Below are positions 37,274-46,949 of a stretch of DNA of 59,842 nt, piece after piece. Below the pieces are notes generated by a model. The model did not search any database, had not been told where the DNA came from, and saw nothing but the letters and a program-made list of their open reading frames with translations. Position numbers and translations under genes: made by a program. How positions within the stretch are numbered: the first letter of the stretch is position 1; every line of letters begins with the position of its first letter. Source of the stretch: Patescibacteria group bacterium (GTDB lineage: Bacteria; Patescibacteriota; Microgenomatia; UBA1400; UBA1449); NCBI GenBank assembly GCA_050942955.1, contig JBMNOG010000008.1, forward strand, positions 1 through 59,842. Direction: 5' to 3'.

Positions 37274-38130
37274 GCCTTGTCTATGTCGAACTTTAGTAAA
37301 TAAAACAGTCTCAACAGGAAACCTATCATTAAAAGAGAAAGTCCTACCCACAACCATACACTAACGGTTTTTTCCAAAAGTAGCAAGCCAAGTGTTAGAA
37401 AAAAACTTTCGGAGAGCTGTATGGTTTTGCTCAACAAAAACTGAAGACCAAAAGGGGACAAAATAACAAAATGAAAAATGAATGGAGTTAAGGTAAGAAG
37501 AGTACCACCAGTAATGAAGCTAGTTGCAATGAGAGACAGAATTTCTTCTTTGGATAAGAGTAAAGAAATAGCGGTAAAAGTAAGTATAAGAGTAAGTCCT
37601 AAAGCAATAGCAATAAATATTGCACTTTGAACTATAGACTGAAGTTGTCGAAAAATTGACTGCAACTCTTTCGAATTTATTTCAAGTAAAATTGTAAGGG
37701 GGATAGTGTCGGGGAGAGTCGTTTGAAACCGAGGGACAAGATCGCTGATGTTCGTTCGTTCTAAAACTCCAAGGTAGTTATTTTTAAGTAAAGTAATATC
37801 AATAGCCACATCCGAGGGAATGCGGTTACTAAGAATTGCAGAGTAGCCTTCATCAATTAATGTTTCTCCTAAGTACTTGATCCATTCCGGAGTAATGATT
37901 TCCTCAACATGCTTTTCCAAAACCTGAGAGTAAAATGAGTTATCCTCAGATAAGTGCTGGATACTTCTGGTTTGGATAACCGGAGTTATAAACTCATATA
38001 CCTTAACTGATTGTAGGAGTTGCTTAGTGGGTTCTTTGGATAAGGAAATTGGTAGGGAAACTAAGATAAAGAATGGGACTATAAGTAAAGTTAGAGCTAG
38101 ACTTAAAACGATATGAATAATTGGCCTCAT
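37270..38130 (-). CDS. Hypothetical membrane protein
   Basis: One N-terminal and about three C-terminal TM segments; ATGA overlap with nfo. Confidence 0.65.
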   Translation of the reverse strand: MRPIIHIVLSLALTLLIVPFFILVSLPISLSKEPTKQLLQSVKVYEFITPVIQTRSIQHLSEDNSFYSQVLEKHVEEIITPEWIKYLGETLIDEGYSAILSNRIPSDVAIDITLLKNNYLGVLERTNISDLVPRFQTTLPDTIPLTILLEINSKELQSIFRQLQSIVQSAIFIAIALGLTLILTFTAISLLLSKEEILSLIATSFITGGTLLTLTPFIFHFVILSPFGLQFLLSKTIQLSESFFLTLGLLLLEKTVSVWLWVGLSLLMIGFLLRLFYLLKFDIDKA

Positions 38131-38181
38131 AGAGATAGAAGCCCATTCTACGACACTTTGTGTTAGTGGAGCAATTGCCAG

Positions 38182-39717
38182 TTACTTTGCTTCTCCTACA
38201 TTTGGTCTGTATTGGAGAGCCTCGGCAATGTGGAGAGGTTGAATTATTTCAGTATCTGACAAATCAGCAATGGTGCGGGCTACTTTAATAATCCGGTAAT
38301 ATGACCGAGCAGAAAGGCCCAGATTTTTTACTGCCTGAGCAAGGAGTGACTTACATTCCGAGTCCAGAATGCAAAACTCCTTTATCTGTTTGGTGGATAG
38401 GTCTGCATTACAAACAATCGGAAGTTCCAAATGTTTATAGCGTTCAATCTGTTTTCTTCTGGCTTTATTAACTCTTTTTCTAATGCTCTGACTTGGTTCC
38501 GAACTATATGTGTCACTTAATTTTTCCACTTCAACTTCAGGAACGGTAACGTGCAGGTCAATTCTGTCCATAATGGGACCTGAAATCCGCTGGCGGTAAC
38601 GCTCCACCATTGCCGACAAGCAAGTGCAGTGTTTGGTACGGCTGCCAAGATTGCCGCAAGGGCAGGGGTTGGCCGCTGCTATAAGCAAGAACTTGGCCGG
38701 AAACTGAAGTGTGCCTGAAGCTCTGGAAATGGTAACAATTCCATCTTCCATTGGTTGACGCAAACTCTCCAAAGCCATTCTGGGGAACTCTAAAAACTCA
38801 TCCAGGAAAAGTACTCCTCTATGAGCCAGGGAAATTTCTCCGGGATTGGGCTTAGTGCCGCCGCCAATAAGGCCCACCATGGATGTGGTATGGTGAGGAC
38901 TGCGGAAGGGTCTGGTAGTTATGGCAGAAACCTCTGCTGAAAGTTTACCTGAAACTGAGTAGATCTTAGTAACCTCCAGCATTTCTGATTCTGTCATTTC
39001 GGGCAAAATTGAAGGTAAGGTACGTGATAGCATCGTCTTACCTGAACCGGGTGGTCCCATCATAAAGACATTATGCCCGCCGGCAGCGGCAATTTCTAAA
39101 ACCCGCTTAGCTTGTTCTTGACCTTTAACATCAGCCATGTCAAAAGATGAAAGAATAGTTTCCTGGTTTGATCTTATGACTTGATGAGGAGTAGGGGCTA
39201 TAGGATCTTCGTCTTTGAGGTGTTTTATAAGAGTCCGGAGGTTAGGAACCGGAAGAACGGTTAAGTTGCTAATCATAGCTGCCTCTTTAGCATTCGCTTC
39301 CGGTAGGATAACTGTTTCAAGTTCAAGCTCCTTTGTAAGTAGTGCCAGAGGTAAGGCGCCGTTTGTGTGTCTCAGTGATCCGTCCAGTGAAAGTTCACCA
39401 AAAACCAGACACTGTTCCAGATTATTCGGTAACTGCTTGTCAGCCATAAGAATTCCCAGGGCAATCGGCAAATCGTATGCTGGTCCTTCTTTAGGGAGAT
39501 TGGCTGGGGTGAGGTTTACTGTAATGCGCTTGTTGGGAAAGGTACAACCGGAGTTTTTGATGGCTGTACGTACCCGTTCACATGCTTCTTTGACTGCTTT
39601 ACCTGGAAGGCCAACAATAAAAAATCCTGGGAAACCCTGGTCTGGAATATCTACCTCCACCTCTACTAAAACAGATTCCAATCCAATAGTAGCTCCGGAA
39701 TAAACTCGTGCAAGCAT
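38182..39717 (-). CDS. comM: YifB/ComM Mg-chelatase-like AAA+ ATPase
   Basis: ERVRTAIKNSG, GPPGSGKTML, RPFRSPHHT, LAHRGVLFLDE, NPCPCG; ATG at 39717. Confidence 0.93.
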   Translation of the reverse strand: MLARVYSGATIGLESVLVEVEVDIPDQGFPGFFIVGLPGKAVKEACERVRTAIKNSGCTFPNKRITVNLTPANLPKEGPAYDLPIALGILMADKQLPNNLEQCLVFGELSLDGSLRHTNGALPLALLTKELELETVILPEANAKEAAMISNLTVLPVPNLRTLIKHLKDEDPIAPTPHQVIRSNQETILSSFDMADVKGQEQAKRVLEIAAAGGHNVFMMGPPGSGKTMLSRTLPSILPEMTESEMLEVTKIYSVSGKLSAEVSAITTRPFRSPHHTTSMVGLIGGGTKPNPGEISLAHRGVLFLDEFLEFPRMALESLRQPMEDGIVTISRASGTLQFPAKFLLIAAANPCPCGNLGSRTKHCTCLSAMVERYRQRISGPIMDRIDLHVTVPEVEVEKLSDTYSSEPSQSIRKRVNKARRKQIERYKHLELPIVCNADLSTKQIKEFCILDSECKSLLAQAVKNLGLSARSYYRIIKVARTIADLSDTEIIQPLHIAEALQYRPNVGEAK

Positions 39718-39749
39718 ACATAAAGTATAGGCTGATATTTTAGAAAATA

Positions 39750-41921
39750 TCAATGAGAGGCTTCCAGTTCCTGGAGTTTTTGCCTTGCTTTTAAGTGATG
39801 TGCATCAAGCGACAAAATGTTTTCATATTCTTTTCTTGCCAAGTTAGAAAAGCGATTTTCTTCATAAAAAGCGGCGAGCTCCAGACGGGAGTAGACATTG
39901 GTCGGTTCAGCAAGAGTAGCTCTAAAAAGATTGGTATAGCGACACTGTTTATCAAATACATCGCAGTACTTAAGTTTTTCTAAAAAATCCTGTGCAGTCT
40001 TGCAGGTAGAGGGGGTTAGGTAGCGCTTGTCTCCCTCATAAAAAGCCAGATTTTTAACCTGCGTCTCTACATTAGAGTTTTCAGGGAGAAGTTTTTGAGC
40101 GAGAGTAAGTTCTTTTAGGGCTGCAGTTTTTGCTCTCATCCTGGCAAAAATAATCCCATTACCCAGGTGTTGTCGGCCAATCATGTATCTAAAAGCCAAC
40201 TGGAGATGCTGTCTTTCACTGGACGTGTTAGTAGCTAAAATAATACTGAGAGTGTAGTCCGGTTCACTAATTTCCGTAGGGGGAGTGCAGACAACTTTGT
40301 ATGTGTACCCATTAGGTTGTAAGTAGAAAACTTCCCCATCCAAACCTAACTGCTCAATTATATAACCACTAACCTCTACGAGGTATACTGGTTTTCCCTG
40401 TTTAACACTCCAAGAAATAATATCTCCGATTCTTTGCGGATTTTGCTTGTAAGAAAATCTAGAGAGGTTTTGATAATTTTTCTGGAGCTGGACTGTTATT
40501 GGAATGATCGCTACATCTGTCCGGTTCTTGTTTACACTTTGTTCGTAAAAAAGAGAAAAACAGGAAATATCTGAAAAGCAAACCAATACTGAGTCGGGTT
40601 CGAGGTTGGCTAACACAGACTGTGCGTAACCGGAGGTAGAAGAATAGTTTTTTAAATTAACCTCATAGTAATTACTGACTAGCAACTGTAAAGGGATGAT
40701 GAAGAAAAGAAACGCAAACTTCCGAATATGACTATATGTATTAAAAACTGCGGCGATTCCAACAGAAATAAGAACTCCCAGTATAACGTAGCCCATCAAG
40801 TACATTCTTTCTGTAAGACCGGTAATCTGAAACCGTTCAACAGTTGCCGAACTATCAGTAGGAAATGTTAGGTAAAAAGCCGGAAACAGACACGAAAGTC
40901 CCAAAAGGAGCAGTATGCCCCAGCGTAAGTTCTTAACTCTTTGTTTAATAAGACTAATGCAGCCTACAGCCATTAAAGTCAGGGATAGTATGCCGAAATG
41001 ATTAGGGAGGAAGTGGGTTAGATACAACTTTAGAGACTGAAAGTTTTCAGGCAAATAAAAGCCGGTTAAGTATGCTCGAGTTTCTGTCCCGTCTACAGTG
41101 GTAATTCCAGCGTAATCCTTTCTTGTAATCATCTCCCATAATCCGGTTAAGGTAGGCTTAAAGTACCAGGAAACTGGTGAGTCGGATACTTGAAAGATAA
41201 AAAGCAGAGTATAAGACATTAAAAAACTGACTAAAGCAGTGGTAATGCCCAGAAGAAATGTTTTGAGATTATGAAAATGCAGCTTAGGTTTGAACGAGAC
41301 AAATAAAGGAAGCCAGAAAAGAAATAGCCCTGGCAGGAGGAGAACAATAGTCTGATGATGCGCCATGGCTAATCCTAAAACTATGGAAAAAAATAGCCAT
41401 ATTTTGAATAAATATTTCGGATCACTTTTTCTTCCTATTACTTTAGTTGTTAAAAACAACAAAATTGTCGTAAAAAAAATATGCAGTGAGAACACTTCAA
41501 GAAGATTAGCATAGTTCCAATAGAGAAATGAGAAACCTAAAGTTAGTGTGCCTATGACTGCTGCCAGCTGTTGGATAGTTTGTGAAATCCGTTTAAATAC
41601 CAGCTTTATTAGGATTAAAGCAGTAAGGTAGACAAATCCAAGACTAAGCGCTTGAAGCAGTGCTGAGAGAAGATTTGCTCTCAGAGCTACACTTCCGGGT
41701 ATGGGCAGATGGGTGGAGAAAAAGGTCAAGAGGGTAAAAAGAGGATAGCCAGGAGGGTGGGACACCCCGCCAAAATAGCCTGTAGTAATAAGTTCATCTG
41801 AATCTGCGTATCCTGTGGGGTATGCAGAAACGGTAGTTAGATAAATCAAAAAGACAAGTAATGCGATGAGTATAGTAGTGTACTTTTCCTGATATTTTCT
41901 AAGAAGTTGAAGGTTGAGCAT
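39750..41921 (-). CDS. DUF2723 (TMEM260-like) GT-C membrane glycosyltransferase with C-terminal TPR-like repeats
   Basis: DSDELIT, GVSHPPGYPLF, EVFSL, MAHHQT; multi-TM. Confidence 0.82.
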   Translation of the reverse strand: MLNLQLLRKYQEKYTTILIALLVFLIYLTTVSAYPTGYADSDELITTGYFGGVSHPPGYPLFTLLTFFSTHLPIPGSVALRANLLSALLQALSLGFVYLTALILIKLVFKRISQTIQQLAAVIGTLTLGFSFLYWNYANLLEVFSLHIFFTTILLFLTTKVIGRKSDPKYLFKIWLFFSIVLGLAMAHHQTIVLLLPGLFLFWLPLFVSFKPKLHFHNLKTFLLGITTALVSFLMSYTLLFIFQVSDSPVSWYFKPTLTGLWEMITRKDYAGITTVDGTETRAYLTGFYLPENFQSLKLYLTHFLPNHFGILSLTLMAVGCISLIKQRVKNLRWGILLLLGLSCLFPAFYLTFPTDSSATVERFQITGLTERMYLMGYVILGVLISVGIAAVFNTYSHIRKFAFLFFIIPLQLLVSNYYEVNLKNYSSTSGYAQSVLANLEPDSVLVCFSDISCFSLFYEQSVNKNRTDVAIIPITVQLQKNYQNLSRFSYKQNPQRIGDIISWSVKQGKPVYLVEVSGYIIEQLGLDGEVFYLQPNGYTYKVVCTPPTEISEPDYTLSIILATNTSSERQHLQLAFRYMIGRQHLGNGIIFARMRAKTAALKELTLAQKLLPENSNVETQVKNLAFYEGDKRYLTPSTCKTAQDFLEKLKYCDVFDKQCRYTNLFRATLAEPTNVYSRLELAAFYEENRFSNLARKEYENILSLDAHHLKARQKLQELEASH

Positions 41922-42716
41922 TTAATCAAAGAAAACTAGGGTCGCTATTCCTAAAAACAGGCAGTAGTAACCAAACAAAGAGAGTTTGTTTTTTAAAATA
42001 ATTTTGCGAAATACTCCCAGAGCTGCATATCCGCTTAAAAAGGCAGTAGTAAAGCCTAAGAGATAGTTTACAGCTTCAGCTCCTGAGATGTTCACAATAT
42101 TACCTATATCCAATATTAAGGCTCCAGCTATCGCCGGAATTGCTAGGAGAAATGAAAAATTAAACGCTTCCTCGCGACTAAGGTTTCTCATAATGCCTAT
42201 TCCTACCGTCGACCCTGACCTTGAGATGCCGGGCACAATAGCAAAAGCCTGCCCAAGCCCTACAAGCAAACCATCTTTCCAACTCATACTATTTTTAGGT
42301 TTGTGAAAAGCAAGATACTTGTCGGTTACTAAAAGGATAGTAGCGGTAACTAAAAATCCTAGTCCAATAAAGGTTAGAGAAACAAAAACAGTGTCAACAT
42401 AATCTTTTAAAAATAAGCCTACAACTACAGCCGGCACAGTTCCGATAGCAATATAGGTAACTAATGAGGGGATTTCTGCCGGCTTTCTTTTATATAATGC
42501 TGCAGCAGTAGTATATAAAAGTTCTAACAGTTTTTTTCTAAAAAAAATGAGGACTGCCAAAAGTGTTCCCAGGTGCAAGACAATATCAAACGTAACAACG
42601 TTTTCAGTAACGTTTAAAAGATTCTGTACCAGCCCCAAGTGGCCTGAGGATGAGATGGGTAGGAACTCAGTCAAACCTTGCAGTACCCCCAAAAGTAATA
42701 CTTGAGTAAGTGTCAC
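41922..42716 (-). CDS. uppP: Undecaprenyl-diphosphate phosphatase
   Basis: QGLTEFLPISSSGH, PGISRSG, FSFLLAIP. Confidence 0.96.
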   Translation of the reverse strand: MTLTQVLLLGVLQGLTEFLPISSSGHLGLVQNLLNVTENVVTFDIVLHLGTLLAVLIFFRKKLLELLYTTAAALYKRKPAEIPSLVTYIAIGTVPAVVVGLFLKDYVDTVFVSLTFIGLGFLVTATILLVTDKYLAFHKPKNSMSWKDGLLVGLGQAFAIVPGISRSGSTVGIGIMRNLSREEAFNFSFLLAIPAIAGALILDIGNIVNISGAEAVNYLLGFTTAFLSGYAALGVFRKIILKNKLSLFGYYCLFLGIATLVFFD

Positions 42717-42775
42717 CGATAAAAACTATAGGAACACAATTCATGTGCCCCTATAGTAAGATATACAAATAGTTG

Positions 42776-43474
42776 TTACTTTCCTTTTACTTCGTCCCGG
42801 AACCGTTTATACCACTGCATTAGAATTTCTGAAACAACATCCTTTGCCCCTAAGCCAATAGCCAAACCTAAGCCTAAAGCGAGCATAGCTACAAACCCAA
42901 TAAACAGAATATTGATAAATTCTTTAGCAATACCGAGTTCGTTAAAGGCTGCCATACTAGCAAGCACAATCATGGTGTAGCTGGCAATTTTACCAAGCAA
43001 ACGCCCCATTCTGGCATCAATCTGCGCTACAGCTCCCTTAACTAGCCGTTCTATAAACCCAGCCAAAAGTACCCCTATAGCTAAGACAAAAATAGCGGAA
43101 ACAACATTAGGGATGTAGGCTAAAATGTTGTTTAGAACCGTGGAGATAGTCGGTAGTCCGAGAATATTAATTGCAGCAACAGTGAAAATAAGGATAAGAA
43201 CCCATTTTAAGATGTTGCCAACAATCTCCTCAATCTGACTCTTTACTTCAGCTTTTTTTAGAAACTTCTCAAAATCAGTGTTTTTTGACAGTTTCGAAAG
43301 GTTAATTGAGTTTAAAACTCTAATAGTTAAAGCTTTAACCCAGCTAGCCAGAATCAGACCTACTAAAAATACTAAGATTGCTCCCAGGAGGTTTGGGAGG
43401 AAATTGTAGATAACTGAGAAAATGTTTGAGGTAGCGCCAACAAGGGCGTCCTGTAAAGACATAGAACCATTCAT
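42776..43474 (-). CDS. TM-helix-repeat (CmpX/MscS-associated) membrane protein
   Basis: FLPNLLGA and YIPNVVSA repeats; AIGLGAKD. Confidence 0.8.
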   Translation of the reverse strand: MNGSMSLQDALVGATSNIFSVIYNFLPNLLGAILVFLVGLILASWVKALTIRVLNSINLSKLSKNTDFEKFLKKAEVKSQIEEIVGNILKWVLILIFTVAAINILGLPTISTVLNNILAYIPNVVSAIFVLAIGVLLAGFIERLVKGAVAQIDARMGRLLGKIASYTMIVLASMAAFNELGIAKEFINILFIGFVAMLALGLGLAIGLGAKDVVSEILMQWYKRFRDEVKGK

Positions 43475-43638
43475 AAAAATCACCCCCTTTCCGAGTTAGC
43501 ATTATTTTTCAAGATATAGGGCATAAAGTCAAGGGTTATACTTAATTTTATATGTTTAACAAGCCTAGCGTAAAAAATAAAAGGTTGATAAATTAACAAA
43601 TAAGATGTATTTGTTTTTATAATCTGATATAATAATGG

Positions 43639-43994
43639 TGCTTTAAAGATAGGACAATGGCTCTTGGTTTTGCGTAGCAAAACCAAGGGAGGAAAGTCCA
43701 GGCAGCAGGAAACAGAGTGGTCTGTGCAAGCAGGCACCGTCTTAACAAGGCGGCTAGTTAGAGCAACAGTGACGAACTCTCGTTCTGCAAAGAACTGAAG
43801 AGGTGAAACGCTGACTAAGGGTCAGACCTTTTATTCTTAATTGAATGAAAGAGTGGCAATCCTCCTTGCTGCAATCTTCGACCGATTCGCATAAGGATGT
43901 TTCCCCGATCTTGCGCAAGCAAGGCGAATCAAAGTTAGAGAGCTTAGAGAAATCATTGTCTTAAACAGAACCTGGCTTACGTATCTTTAAAGCA
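43639..43994 (+). ncRNA. rnpB: RNase P RNA
   Basis: P1 TGCTTTAAAGATA/TATCTTTAAAGCA; GAGGAAAGTCCAGG and AACAGAACCTGGCTTA (P4); P2, P3 and P6 pairings; TGaTATAAT promoter at 43625-43633. Confidence 0.95.
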
Positions 43995-44006
43995 TGTAAA
44001 GAGGAA

Positions 44007-44600
44007 CTAATGTTCCTCTTTTTTGTGGTTTTCAAAGGAATGATTATTCTTTCGCCTTACTTCAGAAAGCAGAAAGCCTTCGCAAAACAGTCCTTTGTCC
44101 TGAAAATTGCTTTGAAGTTCTTCTTTTATCTTCTGTTCAATTTGAGAGCGGTAGGTGGTAAGTTGCTCGTAGGTGACCTCAGAAATTATGGAAAGTATCT
44201 TACTGCTTGAAATTGGCCTGACTACTTTAGAAATAAAGTTTTCACCAATGTTTTCCCAAATTTCCGGTGCCTTATTTTTATTGATCTTGAAAAGAATTGA
44301 TCCTTCAATTTCTATTTCAGCACCATCTTTTGTGATTGCATTAATAGCTTTACTTCCCAAAGCCTCTTTATGAGTGGCCTCAAAGCTACTACTGATGTTG
44401 TATTCCAGAATTTGGGCGTTAAACAGTTTAGCGATTTGCCAGAAGGGAATTTTTAGGTGAAGTCCCGGTCCCCAGGTGCGGTTTAGGACTCCACGGCCCC
44501 GGTCGTAAAGACAAGCAATATGTCCTGGAGGAACAGAGATAAAAAACCCTCCTACCACCTCGTCCACAAAGAATGAAACTACCATTTTGTCAAATTCCAT
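44007..44600 (-). CDS. SPFH/prohibitin-domain protein, short
   Basis: VPPGH...GV....GPGLHLKIPFWQ, TKDG; ATG at 44600. Confidence 0.8.
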   Translation of the reverse strand: MEFDKMVVSFFVDEVVGGFFISVPPGHIACLYDRGRGVLNRTWGPGLHLKIPFWQIAKLFNAQILEYNISSSFEATHKEALGSKAINAITKDGAEIEIEGSILFKINKNKAPEIWENIGENFISKVVRPISSSKILSIISEVTYEQLTTYRSQIEQKIKEELQSNFQDKGLFCEGFLLSEVRRKNNHSFENHKKEEH

Positions 44601-44729
44601 AGTTAAGTCATTATATTGATAACCGACTGAAAAATACAACTGCGTATTATAACAGATTATCCCTATAAGTTATACTCTATGATATTATTTGGCCTTCTCT
44701 TTAGCTTCTGAAGCTTTGGGAGGACTGTC

Positions 44730-45473
44730 TTATTTTTTACCGGGTTTTTCTTCAGGTCTTTCGTTAAGGGCTTTGCTCCAGAAATAGAGCTGTTTTACCA
44801 GGGAAAAAACGATAGAAAATGAAACTGCAGTAAGAACGAACAGTGTTACTCCTGAAGGAATGAAGGCAGAAACTAAAAGGGAAATTAAAGGTAGAAAAAT
44901 CTGAATTTTAATGTCCTGCTTGTTGCGGTCGGGCGCCATTACCGAGGTAATTATTTCATATAGTAGCAAAACTAAAGCAAGGGTGAAATTTAAGGGCCAG
45001 CTAACAGTGGTGAGATTATGTTTGCCTCCAAACTGGGTACTTACTGAAGTTAACTTAAACGTTGAAGTGTAAAGGATTTCCGGACCTTGAAGAAAAACAG
45101 CTTCTCTGAAAAAACGGTTTAGAGCTAAGATAATCAAAAAATGCACAAAAAAACTCACAAAGGAAAAGATCGCTGCAGGCTTACTTAATTTTGAAACCTT
45201 TTTTATAGTTTCTTTCCGAACTGGTCCCTCGGGGTATGCCTTTTTAATTTCTTTAATTTTTTTCTCCAATTCTTTGTTTTCTTTATAGGTCTTGCCTGAA
45301 GCTAGGGATACCGGAATCCAGAGAATCCTAAATAGTAGCGTAAGGCTGATGATGATTACACCAAAATCTGCAAAACCAGGATTAACCCTTTCGGCTAGAG
45401 CATAAAGGGTTAGAAGAATATTGGCGATAGGTTGATAGACGCAAATAAAAAACCACTTAGCAATAAAAACCAT
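44730..45473 (-). CDS. YidC/Oxa1 family insertase-like protein, divergent
   Basis: YQPIAN.L, DFGVIII.LTLLFRILWIP, basic loop, PSGVTLF. Confidence 0.72.
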   Translation of the reverse strand: MVFIAKWFFICVYQPIANILLTLYALAERVNPGFADFGVIIISLTLLFRILWIPVSLASGKTYKENKELEKKIKEIKKAYPEGPVRKETIKKVSKLSKPAAIFSFVSFFVHFLIILALNRFFREAVFLQGPEILYTSTFKLTSVSTQFGGKHNLTTVSWPLNFTLALVLLLYEIITSVMAPDRNKQDIKIQIFLPLISLLVSAFIPSGVTLFVLTAVSFSIVFSLVKQLYFWSKALNERPEEKPGKK

Positions 45474-45548
45474 ACTTTAAACTTTACTATTTTCCCCTAA
45501 AGGCTATTATTGCACGTTTATTGGCTGAGAAACAAATATAAGAGGAAA

Positions 45549-46940
45549 TTACGTAAGTTTTGAGTATATTTTTTGACGGGCTTTATTCCAGAGTTTTTCC
45601 CGGCGGCAAAGGTAAGCAACATCCTTTTTGCTTACCAGGAGTTGTTCAACAATTCCTTCTAAAAATAGGGTGTTTTGGGAACCTTTTACCAAGATAGTCT
45701 CTCCGTGTCTGAGGAAGTCTTCTGAGGTTAAAAGGTCGGCTGCCCACTGAGGATCGAGGGTTTTAAAAAGAGTACGGTTTTCCTTGTAACCATTTTGCAT
45801 CAGGATTGGCCAAACAAAAGCCTCCATTTGAGGTCCAATAAGAATAACTCTCCTAATGTTGTTTTCAATAATTGCATTAGCTACAGCTTCATGCTCTTTC
45901 TGGGTTACCTTTCCCAGTTCCCGCATATCACCTAAGACTGCAATAGTTTTGCTGCCGCCAAGTTGGCGTAAAGCAGTTAAAGCATCACTAGCTGCCACAC
46001 GGCTACTGTTGTAGGAACTATCAATAATGGTTGTAGCTTTTTTACCTGCAAAAAGACTCATTCTTCCCGGTGGAAGCCGCCAGGTTTTTAGAGTGTTTTG
46101 AATGGTTTCATAGGGAATATTAAAAAGGTACCCAAGCACCAGAGCCATTCCCAGCCCGTACATATTAGCCTTAGTAAGGATAGCTAGGGGGAATGAAAGG
46201 GTGATCTTTTCAGGGTAGTTTTGTGTTAACCCAGGTGTAGTAGTTGGAAGTTTCTTTTTAAGTTTAGCTAACTGATTGTAGTTAAGAGAAAAAACAGTTT
46301 CTGTCCCGGAAAGATTGATATTATGCTTAACAAGATTAACCGCAGCTTCAGGGTTTGCATTTAAACTTACAAAACTAATTGGGGCTTTGACCCGTTTTAA
46401 TTCGCTTTCTATCTCTTTTGCCTCTCCATTCACCAATGAAAAACATCTTGTTCTCTCAACTGCAAAACCGACATCAAAAAGCATTTGTTTAATAACTGTA
46501 CTTATATCTTCCCCAGGAAAGTTTTCAGTATGGCAGGGGTGGGCGCTGACCCAGCAGGTGATATCTGGTTCAATAAGGCGGGTATGGGCTTGCATCTCTC
46601 CCCAGCGGTCAGAATCCATTTCGCAAAGGTATACAGTTTCCCTGGGAACCTGCCATATCTTAAAAGGTGCTAGGAAAATGAGTTTAAGCCATTCGATTAG
46701 GCTAAAAGATTGCTGCTTTAAGCCTAAAATATCAAGTGGGATAGAAGTAACGGCGTTAGCTTTGTGAGCAACTTTAACAGAAGCTTTAGTTTGCAGAATA
46801 GCTTTTAATAGTGAAAGGGTAGTAGTTTTTCCGGCACTGCCAATAATGGTGATAACTAAAGGTTTCCACCTCTTTAAAACTATTTTTGCCCAGAATTGGA
46901 AATAGCCTGCTAATAGAAAATACAACCTTACCTTATTCAT
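45549..46940 (-). CDS. murF: Mur ligase, MurF-like
   Basis: GSAGKTTT, PPGRM, IIDSSYNSS, LGDMRELG...H, LVKGSQ. Confidence 0.82.
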   Translation of the reverse strand: MNKVRLYFLLAGYFQFWAKIVLKRWKPLVITIIGSAGKTTTLSLLKAILQTKASVKVAHKANAVTSIPLDILGLKQQSFSLIEWLKLIFLAPFKIWQVPRETVYLCEMDSDRWGEMQAHTRLIEPDITCWVSAHPCHTENFPGEDISTVIKQMLFDVGFAVERTRCFSLVNGEAKEIESELKRVKAPISFVSLNANPEAAVNLVKHNINLSGTETVFSLNYNQLAKLKKKLPTTTPGLTQNYPEKITLSFPLAILTKANMYGLGMALVLGYLFNIPYETIQNTLKTWRLPPGRMSLFAGKKATTIIDSSYNSSRVAASDALTALRQLGGSKTIAVLGDMRELGKVTQKEHEAVANAIIENNIRRVILIGPQMEAFVWPILMQNGYKENRTLFKTLDPQWAADLLTSEDFLRHGETILVKGSQNTLFLEGIVEQLLVSKKDVAYLCRREKLWNKARQKIYSKLT

Positions 46941-46949
46941 ATATATAGC

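Noticed and set aside
39215-39703. 162-aa ORF antisense to comM, and the many other 60-150 aa nested ORFs in the track
   Set aside because: They lie wholly within well-supported genes and show no motifs or start signals.
43480-43737. 85-aa minus-strand ORF
   Set aside because: It is antisense to rnpB and its promoter, and has no recognisable protein features.
44692-44726. AGCTTCTGAAGCT palindrome within an imperfect hairpin
   Set aside because: Probably a terminator or decayed repeat; no second copy seen.
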